A stretch of DNA of 64,000 nt, from contig NC_088791.1 in NCBI RefSeq assembly GCF_011386835.1, forward strand, positions 2,232,001 to 2,296,000, given 5' to 3'. The DNA comes from Chrysemys picta bellii. Taxonomy: Eukaryota. Of the stretch, positions 50,401-60,305 are shown piece after piece. The position numbers were made by a program, and so were the translations under genes. The notes under the pieces were generated by a model. That model did no database searches. It was not told the origin of the DNA and was given only the letters and a program-made list of their open reading frames with translations. How positions within the stretch are numbered: position 1 is the stretch's first letter; each line of letters starts with the position of its first letter.

Positions 50401-51787
50401 CCCTAAACCGCCCCATCCCCCCAGCCTCCAGCTCCAACCCAGCGCCCCGGAGCCCCGCTGTCCCCAGCCTCTCACCTCAGCCTCCAGCCAGTTTTTCTCT
50501 TGGGGGACGTATCGATAGCAGCTGTCGTGGAAGGGTAGCCAGGACCTGGGACATGCTACACCCTGTACCCCTGCAGAGAGAGGGGGCCGGGGGGCAATGG
50601 TGGGGATAGGACACCGTGGTTAGAGGCTCTTTCACAGGCAGAGCCATTGCTTTAAATTAGGACAATTAACGTTGGGATCCCGTTTGGGGCTGTGTCTGGC
50701 TGGCAGGACCCTCCAGGCCCTGGCAATGCAGGAAGAAGCTGGGTTTGCCCAGACCCCACATCGGCAGAACAGGGCCCCTGAAACCCAGCCCTGAGCAGGG
50801 ATCCCAGCAGGGCAGCACTGGAGCTGCCAGCCACAGTGGCCCTCATTCAGCTGCAGCCCTCGGGCAGAGGGAATTCCTGCCACCCTGATCTCCTCCCTGT
50901 CTCCCCCTGGGCCATGCAGGACAGTTGGAGCAGGGAAGCCGGCAGTGGGGCAGGAGGGGAACTCCCAGGACCAAGGGGTGAAGCTGGGGGAGCAATGGGG
51001 TTGGCACAGACTGGGAATAGAGAGGAAATCGGGAGCAGGGGCCCAGTTCTGGATGGAAGGATCTGGGGGGTTGTAGGAGGAGGGAAGGGAGAGAGGTGCC
51101 CAGGGGGATGGGACATAAAAGGAGGGAATAGCAGGGATCTGAGGGGTCTGGGGTGGAGGAGAAGGGAACACTGCTCCTACCCCAGCCGTGTTGCTTGGGG
51201 GGGCTGGGAAAAGGTTCCCCCTCCCCTGCACTCACCGGCGGCGGGAAGCAGAGTGCCGTGGCGGAGTGGAGCGGGCTGGGGCCGGGCTGCTCCGCTTTCG
51301 CCACTTTCCCCCAAGCCCCATCCCCTGAGCGACACGGCTGGGGCTGGGGCGAGGGAAGCAGAGCTGGCTGCACCCCATCTTACACTAATCCCCTGGGCCA
51401 CTCTGGGCCTGCCGCCGAAGACCCGGAGCGCTGCAGCGGGTGGCGCCTTTTTTTTTTGACCCTCCACCTGGCTACGCCACTGGTCCCACCCTATCCTCAG
51501 GATAAGAGCAGACCTTGGGGGGGACTTTCACCCACCTTCTCTCACCTGCTCCCTGGGGAGGGGCCGCAAGGCCTGGGCTCTCCCCAGGGCAGTGACCCCC
51601 AGCAGCAGGAGACGGGCAGTGGCTCTGAGAGTGACGAGGGAAATGAATTCACTTCCCAGTTCCCACCATGGTCACCAGCACCCGGGGGCTACAGCTCCGA
51701 GGGGCCTGGCAGGGACTCACCTTCCAGCGAGGGGTTAAAGATCAGGCAGCCGAGGAGGCAGAGGCTGAAGTAGGCGACTGGCCCCAT
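41437..51787 (-). CDS. Secreted single-domain C-type lectin, copy 2, 161 aa. Coding exons 51787-51721, 50570-50476, 46654-46514, 43641-43527, 41504-41437
   Basis: Same exon sizes (67, 95, 141, 115, 68) and splice sites as copy 1. C-terminal part: VWIGLSDLDHDQTWRWSDESPFSFRAWEKWQPNNLGGNEHCTVLFDNTDFQKWHDYPCGDRFPFICKRKP. Confidence 0.95.
47150..47814 (+). mobile_element. LTR-like fragment; only its 3' about 145 bp survive in unit 1 (17211-17355)
   Basis: Ends GGGTTACA and contains ATTAAA. The 5' boundary and TSD are not found. Confidence 0.5.
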
Positions 51788-53391
51788 CTTCTTGCTTCCC
51801 CTGGGGAGAAAACACACAGGGGAGATGGGGCCATGAGAGCCTGAGACACCCCCCAGAGCAGCTCCCTTCTCTCATGGGGCATTTCACAGGGGGAGGTGCT
51901 TCGTTGCTGGGGCTGTTGCTAAAGGGCCTGGCTGGGCTGGAAGGGCCCCGAGAGGGATCCTGTCCCCCTGCCCCTGCCCTGGGGAACCGAGCTCGGAGCC
52001 CATCTCGCTGGATCCAAAGAGCCCTTCCTCTTCCACCCCTCACTGAGCCAGGTCCCAGCTTCTCAGTGGCCAGGCTCTGCAAGCAGCAGCACCCGGGACT
52101 CCCCAAACCAGATCTGCAGGTGGGGAGGAGCCAGGGGGAAGCAGGGAGGCCATGGTCACTCAGACGGGACCTGGGTCCCAGGCAACAGGGTCCCATTTGC
52201 AGAGCAAAGCTGTTCTCAGAAGGGGCATTTGCCATCTCCCGCTGTCCCTCTCTCCCCCATGCTGGAGTTGGCAGGTCCCCATGGTAGCCACCTACATGGA
52301 ACGTGGAGGGAGGGCACAGGTGGCAGGGGGGAGAGTTTGGAAGAGGCACCAGTGCCACCAGGATGGAGGCCAGTCTGTGTGCACGTGGCTGGAATGCCAG
52401 CTGCAGGTGCAGCACCTCTGCAATCGTTCTCTGACTAGAGACCAGTTTAGTGTTAGAAACTTGGAGTCCTCTTGTGTTATCACCCAGCACCTGGTACATG
52501 AAACACCCACTGACCCACCCCGGGGCCTTTCCCCACTAACAGGTGTTTCAATCACTCTCATATTTCCATGTCCAGAGATCATGTGTCTGGAAAGCCAACA
52601 CCATGTGGTTGGGACGGGCGGGAGGGGAGTGGTTATAGTTACTGCATCCCATGGTGGGGGCTGGTGTCACGGAGTGTGAGGGAGTCAGCGCCCTGCACCC
52701 CTCTTCCTGAGATTCACCGTGACTCTCAGCCAGCCAGTAAAATGGAAGGTTTATTGGACAATAGGAACGCAGTCTACAGCACAGCTTGTAGGTACAACCC
52801 GGACCCCTTAATCAAGTCCTTCTGGGGCGTTCAGGGAGCTTAGACCCCAGCTTGGGGTTCCCTGCGTTGTACCACCCAGCCCAAAAAGGAAACGAAAACC
52901 AAAACCCTCCAGCAGCATTCTCCCCCCGCCCCCTTCCTCCTCTCCTTTGTTCAGTCTCCTGGGCAGAAGGTGTCATTTCTCCAACCCCCCTCCTGGCTCA
53001 GGTTACAGCTCAGGTATCTCCCTGCAAGGGCAGCCCCCAATCCCCAATGTAACTTCCCTGCTCCATCACAGCTGGGCCCCTGTTGCACCATTATTAAGAA
53101 ATGGGGTCCAGTGGGGAGCCACCCTGCACAGTGATGATCCAGCAGGGACTGGACACAGACTGGAGGCTGGGCCCAGCTCCTGGAGGGGCAGAGCGCTGGG
53201 CACAGCTTCACAGGGCGTTAGGGTGCCGCGTGCAGGGCTGTGCGGGTGGGAGGAAGGGGTGAGACAGAGACGGCCCCAGGGTCGGGGGACACACACAGGA
53301 CAAGCTTGGCCACCCACCCCCGTAACAGATCAGCTGCCGCCAGCCCCCCAGCGCAGGAGGAGGAAGAAGCTGGAGGAAGCCAGGGTCTCAC

Positions 53392-53479
53392 CTGATTGTC
53401 TCGCTGGGTAGCTGCTCCGGTGCTAGGCCAGTCCAAGTGCAGCCTGCATGGGACACTGGCCGGACACGGGGCATTTATA
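53392..53479 (-). promoter_or_regulatory. TATA box (53479-53473) and non-coding exon 1 of lectin gene 2
   Basis: Same arrangement as gene 1. Confidence 0.7.
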
Positions 53480-53865
53480 GACCAGTGCGGGGAGGGGACC
53501 AGGTGTCAACACTGAACATGCAGATCTGTGCTGATGGCAGCTACAATCATTTAACGCCCAGGCAAACAGAGATAAGAGGAGCCAGGACCCGGCCACCAGC
53601 CGGGCTGTGAGCAGGAGGAAGCGTTTGTCAGGGCTGAGATAACAGATACAATGAAAGCTATTTCCTTCCCTTTCCCCTCCCCACCCTTCCCTTTCCCCTC
53701 ACCACCCCGTCTGTCAGCGCTGAGATGAGTGTGGCTGTAGGGAGCCCTCGTGCCCTGGCCCTGACCAGCCCAACTGCTCACGTCCATCTTGTCCCATGGA
53801 AAGTTCCGGGCAGATCCCCAGGGAGTGTAGATCAGCTGGAGTCCCCCTGAAGTCAGTGGGGGGAT

Positions 53866-54433
53866 CCCCAGCGGGTACAGTCTGGTGTGGGGCTATTGGA
53901 GTCCTTGGGGTCAGACCCCCAGCGGGTACAGTCTGGTGTGGGGCTATTGGAGTCCTTGGGGTCAGACCCCCAGCGGGTACAGTCTGGTGTGGAGCTATTG
54001 GAGTCGTTGGGGTCAGACCCCCAGCGGGTACAGTCTGGTGTGGGGCTATTGGAGTCCTTGGGGTCAGACCCCCAGCGGGTACAGTCTGGTGTGGGGCTAT
54101 TGGAGTCCTTGGGGTCAGACCCCCAGCGGGTACAGTCTGGTGTGGGGCTATTGGAGTCATTGGGGTGGGACCCCCAGCGGGTACAGTCTGGTGTGGGGCT
54201 ATTGGAGTCATTGGGGTCAGACCCCCAGCGAGTACAGTCTGGTGTGGGGCTATTGGAGTCCTTGGGGTCAGACCCCCAGCGGGTACAGTCTGGTGTGGGG
54301 CTATTGGAGTCCTTGGGGTCAGACCCCCAGCGGGTACAGTCTAGTGTGGGGCTATTGGAGTCCTTGGGGTCAGACCCCCAGCGGGTACAGTCTGGTGTGG
54401 GGCTATTGGAGTCCTTGGGGTCAGACCCCCAGC
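53866..54433. repeat. 51-bp VNTR, 11 units, upstream of the gene 2 promoter
   Basis: The 17-aa periodicity in ORFs of several frames shows 11 units. Confidence 0.95.
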
Positions 54434-55555
54434 GTGGGGCGTTGCTCAGAGCTCCGCTGGAGTCACCGGGGCTAGAACCCCAGCGGGTGTGAACTGGCCA
54501 GAGCCCCACGGGAGTCAATGGAGTCACACCAGCTGGGGCCTGGCCCCCATCAGTGCAGGGTAAAATGGCAACTTTCCCCATTCCCGGCCCTCAAGCCCGG
54601 GGAGCACTCGGCCCATCACGCGCCCTGTGCTTGGCTCGTCAGCGCCCTGACCTGGGTGTTGTCATTTACACCTGTGCAACGAGACTGGGAAATGCACCAT
54701 CCTCCCTGGGCGGCGATTTACACGTACCGGGCTCTGGTGTCAATGGTGACTGTGACGAACTGGGCCTGTTCTTACTGTGGTGTGTGAATGCTGACAGGGG
54801 AGTGTGGCTAGGATAGTCTGCATTGGGGGATGGGAGTCTGCCCGAAGGCGAATACCTGAGCGTGTAACATGAGAACCCAGGAAGGGGTTGGAGGCCAGGT
54901 GACACCTTGGCCCGGAAACTGAACAAAGGCTGTGGGAGGGGTCGCTGAAGGCAGAGTGGGAATCAGGCTGGAGAGATGGCTGGGAGGCAGAGATGGCTCT
55001 GACCCCCCCAAAGGGGGGGGGGGGCTGGGATGCCCTGGGACCCCAAGCTGGACCTAACTGAGGGGGGCCCTGTTGTCTGTGCCTGCAAGACCTGTCTTGG
55101 ACTGTATTCCTGTCATCCAAATAAACCTTCTGCTTTACTGGCTGGCTGAGAGTCATGGTGAATCGCAGGAAGCCGAGGGTGCAGGGCCCTGAGTTCCCCA
55201 ATACTCCGTGACAACTGGTGGCAGCGGCGGGATCTACTGCACCCCGTGGACGGCGCTTCCTGCAGTAAGTGACTGGGGAGCAGTAAAACGAAGGGGGATT
55301 GACGGGGACCAGGCGTGCTGAAGAGTGAGAGAGAGACGGTTATTACCCCTGGTAGTGTGTGACCACCGAGAAGGACTTTTGCAGTAACAGGGTCCCCCGG
55401 GGGGATCGCAGCGAGTGGTCCCAGGGGCGGAGGAGTCTGCAGCTCTACCCTGTCAGAGAGGTGGTGACCTCGAGAAGGGCTGGCACACTAGGGGGCCCCC
55501 TGGGAACTGTGGGGAGCTGTGAGCACACAGGCCGGTGAGTGGCCAGCAGGAAGAT

Positions 55556-57030
55556 GTATGCCAAGCGGCTTAAGAGCGACCTGGTGGAGCTGTGCAAGCA
55601 GAGGGGGCTGCGCATTGGGAGGCTCACCAAAGCACAGCTCATTGCCCGGCTGGAGGCGGAAGATCGCGCGAATGAACTGATCCCTGTGTCTCAGGGAAGC
55701 AGCCTGGCAAATGCAGTGCAGGCACCAGTGTCTGTCCCAGCTGGGAGTGGTCAGCCGGCTGCTGAGGGCTTCCCGAGACCCCTCCTTCCTATGCCTAGGG
55801 GAAGGGTGGGGAGCAGCCCAGCAAATCCGAGGGCGCCGTGACCCCCCCGGCCAGCAGGGGATCCTCCCGGCAAAGCTCGCCGGCCAGCAGAGGATCCTCC
55901 CGGTGACGTTTGGCATCCGTGGAGCGGAATTGGCTGGAATGGGAGAAAGAGCTAAAACTGAGAGAGCTGGAGGATCGGGAACAACAGAGACAGCATGAAT
56001 GGGAGGAGAAAGAGAAACGGAGACAGCATGAAGAGAGACAGCGTCAGCATGAACGGGAGGAGAATGAGAGACAGCGTCAGCATGAACTGGAACTGGCGAG
56101 ATTGAAGGGCAGCGAACCCCCGGCTGCGGTGAGTGAGGGGGGACCCAGGACTGCACGTAGCTTTGATAAGTGCATCCTGGCCCCACGCAAGGAGGGGGAG
56201 GACATGGATGACTTCCTGGAGGCCTTTGAGACGGCCTGCGAGCTGCACCGGGTTGATCCCGCGGACAGACTCCGGGTCCTTACCCCCTTACTGGACCCCA
56301 AAGCCGTGGCATTGTACCGCCAACTGGAAGAGGCAGAAAAGGGGACTACGAACTATTCAAAAAGGCCCTGCTATGTGAGTTTGGGCTGACTCCTGAGATG
56401 TACCGGGAAAGGTTCCGGAGTCAGGATAAAACGCCTGAGATCTCATATCTGCAACTAGCCGTCCGCATGGAAAGATACGCCAGCAAGTGGGCTGATGGGG
56501 CCCAGACGAAGGAGGACCTGGTCAAACTGCTGGTACTGGAGCAACTGTATGAGCGGTGCCCATCCGACCTGAGGCTGTGGTTGGTGGACAGAAAGCCAGA
56601 AAACCCGCGACATGCAGGCCGGCTGGCCGATGAGTTTGTAAAGAGCCGGTCAGGAGATAACAGGGAGGAGTCCCAAAGGAACAGTCCCACCACAACGCAG
56701 AGAGAGAGTCACCATGGGACCTCCCCGTGGGAAAATACAGAAAAACCCCATCAAAGGGGAACATCCGGCGTCAGGACCATGCGACCCACTCAAGGGGAAC
56801 CAGGGGACATGGGCTGCTACCACTGTGGCCAAAAAGGCCACATACGGGCCCAGTGCCCCAGGCTCAGGGACAGACTGAGCAGACCGAACCCACAGAGGGT
56901 TGACTGGGTAGAGACCCAGCCCGGCGAGAGGCAGCATTCCCAGGGAAGGGGGGCTGGCAGAGTACCACCTGCTAAGGAGGGAGGAGAGCTCCAGGCCAGC
57001 TCCTCTAGGGGGCTGGATGCTCCAGACTAA
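55556..57030 (+). pseudogene. gag: Gypsy gag: N-terminal helix-extension-helix-like segment, coiled coil, SCAN-like domain, CCHC knuckle; two frameshifts
   Basis: LKSDLVELCKQRGL...TKAQLIARLE; DDFLEAFE; YRERFRS...LVLEQLYERCPSDLRLWL...A..LADEF; CYHCGQKGHIRAQC. Confidence 0.85.
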
Positions 57031-57036
57031 GGGTTT

Positions 57037-57990
57037 TTGGTTTATACGGTAGGCGCGGGGCTGTCCCTCCGGAGAGAGTACCTTGTTCCCCTGGAGGTGG
57101 ATGGGAGGAAGGTCAATGGATACTGGGATACGGGCGCAGAGGTGACGCTGGCCCGGCCCGAGGTGGTGGCCCCAGATCAGGTGGTGCCCAACACCTACCT
57201 GACCCTGACGGGGGGGGGGCGAGACACCAGTCAAAGTGCCCGTGGCAAGGGTACACCTGAAGTGGGGGGCCAAGGAGGGCCCCAAGGATGTGGGGGTACA
57301 CCCGTATTTGCTCACTGAGGTATTGATGGGGGGGGACCTGGAGAACTGGCCAAGCAACCCCCAAAGGGCACTGGTTGTGACCCGCAGTCAGAGCCAGCGA
57401 GGGGCACTGCGTCCTGGCCTTGGGGGGGGTGCCTTGCCTGAGGCGCAGGACCCTAACCTGGTGGGGAGGGAACGCCCAGGGACACGGCTCAGGGAGGCTG
57501 CAGCTTCAGACCCAGCGGGCGAGAAAGAGCAGGTGGCCATCCCTGTCCCAGCTGCCGAGTTCCAGGCCGAGTTGCAGAGAGATCCCTCCTTGCGGAAGAT
57601 AAGGGACCTGGCCGACCTTGATGCGGTACAGACCATGGGACGAGGTGGCCGGAAAAGGTTCCTGTGGGAGAAGGGGTTCCTGTACCGAGAATGGGCTCCC
57701 GCAGGGAAAATGGAGTCAGGGGGGATCAGGAGGCAGCTGGTGGTACCCCAGAAGTATCGCCGCCAGCTGCTGTGCCGGGCCCATGACATTCCCCTCTCAG
57801 GGCACCAGGGAACCTGGCGTACCCAGCAGAGGCTGCTACGGAGCTTTTACTGGCCTGGGGTCTTTGTTACTGTCCGACAGTACTGCCGATCCTGTGACCC
57901 CTGTCAGAGGGGGAGGAAGGCCCGGGACAAGGGGAAAACAGCTTTAGGACCCTTGCCCAGCATAAAGGATCCTTTCCGGAGGGTGGCGAA
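57037..57990 (+). pseudogene. pol: Gypsy pol remnant: aspartic protease followed directly by the integrase HHCC domain, then truncated
   Basis: GYWDTGAEVTL; LVVPQKYR...AHDIPLSGHQG...FYWPG...CRSCDPCQ; frameshift at the poly-G near 57211. Confidence 0.85.
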
Positions 57991-59981
57991 GGTTAAAAGG
58001 GCGGCTCTACACCAAGAGAGCCCAAAGCACAGACCTCCAGACTGGAGCGCTGGGAGAAGACCCCAGCCCAGTTGGAACCCCAGGGGTATTGGGGTGGGGA
58101 AAGGGCACAGGCCGCATAAACCTTCCCACATGGGAACTGCGAGTGCCATCAAGCACCCCCAACCTAAGGGGGGGCGTGAAACTGGAGAGGCCTGGTGTAA
58201 TTCTCACCAAGGAATGGGAGGGATGCGGGGGCATCCATGGGAACGGGGGTAGGTTCGAACTTCCCCAGGTCACTGCCTGAAGTGACCCCGCTCAGTTCGG
58301 TCTCGAAGGGGGGAGAGATGTGACGAACTGGGCCTGTTCTTACTGTGGTGTGTGAATGCTGACAGGGGAGTGTGGCTAGGATAGTCTGCATTGGGGAATG
58401 GTAGACTGCCCGAAGGCGAATAGCTGAGCATGTAACATGAGAACCCTGGAAGGGGTTGGAGGCCAGGTGACTCCTTAGCCCGGGAAACTGAACAAAGGCT
58501 GTGGGAGGGGTCGCTGAAGGCAGAGTGTGGGAAGCGGGCTGGAGAGATGGCTGGGAGGCAGAGATGGCTCTGACCCCCCAAAGGGGGGGGGGGGCTGGGA
58601 TGCCCTGGGACCCCAAGCTGGACCTAACTGAGGGGGGCCCTGTTGTCTGTGCCTGCAAGACCTGTCTTGGACTGTATTCCTGTCATCCAAATAAACCTTC
58701 TGCTTTACTGGCTGGCTGAGAGTCATGGTGAATCGCAGGAAGCCGGGGGTGCAGGGCCCTGAGTTCCCCAATACTCCGTGACAGTGACGTATGGTGCCGG
58801 GACAATCAGGCCCATGGCAATTGGACTATAACTTGAGGGCGCTGCCTGTGGCCGAGGTATTGGCCCTGTTCTGGGCTGCCCACGCTCCCTCCTGTCTGTC
58901 TCTGCTGCATTTCAAGAGAGCCCATTACCCCGGTATGCAGGTGTGACGGTGCTGCCCATGGGAGCCAGCTGAGGTCACTCAATCAGGGTGAACTGCAAAC
59001 AGAACGGGGCAGACAAACCCCAAACGCTGGTGGATCTTCCAATACTTAGATTTACCAAAACAGCTTCTATAGGACCGCACTGGTCACTCAGAGTCCAAAC
59101 AACGCAGTCCCCTTAAAGTGCGCAGCCTCAGGCCTCCATCCATACACATGTCAGATATGATGATTATACTGAAAATCTTATTTCATAGGGTTACCATATG
59201 TCTGGGTTTCCCCGGACATGTCCGGCTTTTGGGTCTTTAAATAGCCGGCTGGGGGGAATTTGTAAAAAGCTAAAAATGTCCGGGATTCCCCCCGGACGGC
59301 TATTTAAAGACCCAAAAGCGCTGACAGGGCAGCTGCGCTGGGGGAACCGCGGCAAGCCGGCGCCGTCGGCGCCACTCACCTTTCCTCCCTGTGCCCTGGG
59401 GCAGTGCACAGCTGAGAGCTCCCGGCGCGGCGGTGTCAGCCCACGGGGCCCCCGGCACGGCCGGCGGGAGCCTGCAGAGCGCAGCCTGCCCCTGCCCCGG
59501 CACACAGAGAGGCAGCGAGGAGGTCTCGCTCCCCTGCGCGCTGCAGCGGGGTGGGGCCAGTAGACTCGGGCACAGAGACCCCCCCGCCCCTGCCCCCCTC
59601 CCCTCGACCCGACCCAACCGTAGGAAGGAGCCAGAGGGATTGAGAGGGACCTGCCTGCTGGATGCTTCCTGGGAGCCGCTCCAGGTAAGCACTGCTGGGC
59701 TCACCTGGAAGATACCTCTGGGGAGGCTCCCCTCAGCCCCACTGCCCTCAGCCCGCACACTGACCCTGTTCCCTCAGCCTCCCCCGCAGTGTCCCCCCTG
59801 TGCCCGCCCACCCTCAATCCACTGCCCTCAGCCCCCCTGACCCTGTTCCCTCTGCCTTCCCCACTGTCCCTCCCCTCCTCCCCCCCGCATCGTCTCACCC
59901 TGCATGGATGTGGAAATCTGTCCCAGATTCCAGGCTGTCATTAGCCCCTGGGGCAAAAGATCAGCAGAGGTTTCCAAAGGG

Positions 59982-60305
59982 TGTAGAGACACACAGCTCC
60001 CGAATTGCTAGTTCACGGCTGCGGCACACTGCGCCGGAGCGGCCTACACCCCCACGCCTGTGATTAAGAAACTTATTGGCTGACCTAATCATCACCCTCG
60101 CTGCTCGCTTTCACGTGCACAAGATATGACCTTGTTAAGTCATGTTGATGAGTATTGTATGCTCCTCCTATGCGCAGAAATTCAACCACTTATAAGTGTT
60201 GTAAATAGAAAAGTAAGATAATAAAAACCCCAGTGAAAAGTCCCTGGGAGGCTTTTTCCGCTACCACGACCTGGCGCTCTGTCTCCTTCCTTTCTCGTCG
60301 CCACA
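59982..60305 (+). mobile_element. 324-bp solo LTR with 6-bp TSD AAAGGG, unit 2 only
   Basis: TGTAGAGAC...GCCACA with AATAAA at 60220. The unit 1 empty site CCAAAGGGAAG is near 25245. Confidence 0.88.

Larger units (their letters stand above)
54751..58783 (+). mobile_element. Gmr1-like Gypsy LTR retrotransposon, internally deleted (no RT/RNase H), TSD GTGAC
   Basis: LTRs 54751-55213 and 58319-58783; PBS TGGTGGCAGCGGCGGGAT at 55216-55233 (close to the tRNA-Leu 3' end as recalled); PPT 58306-58318; empty site at 23972-23976. Confidence 0.95.

Noticed and set aside
53714-54581. 17-aa repeat proteins in several frames, or a CRISPR-like array
   Set aside because: The 51-bp unit is a multiple of 3 and stop-free in several frames. 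Units are contiguous with no unique spacers, and the context is eukaryotic.
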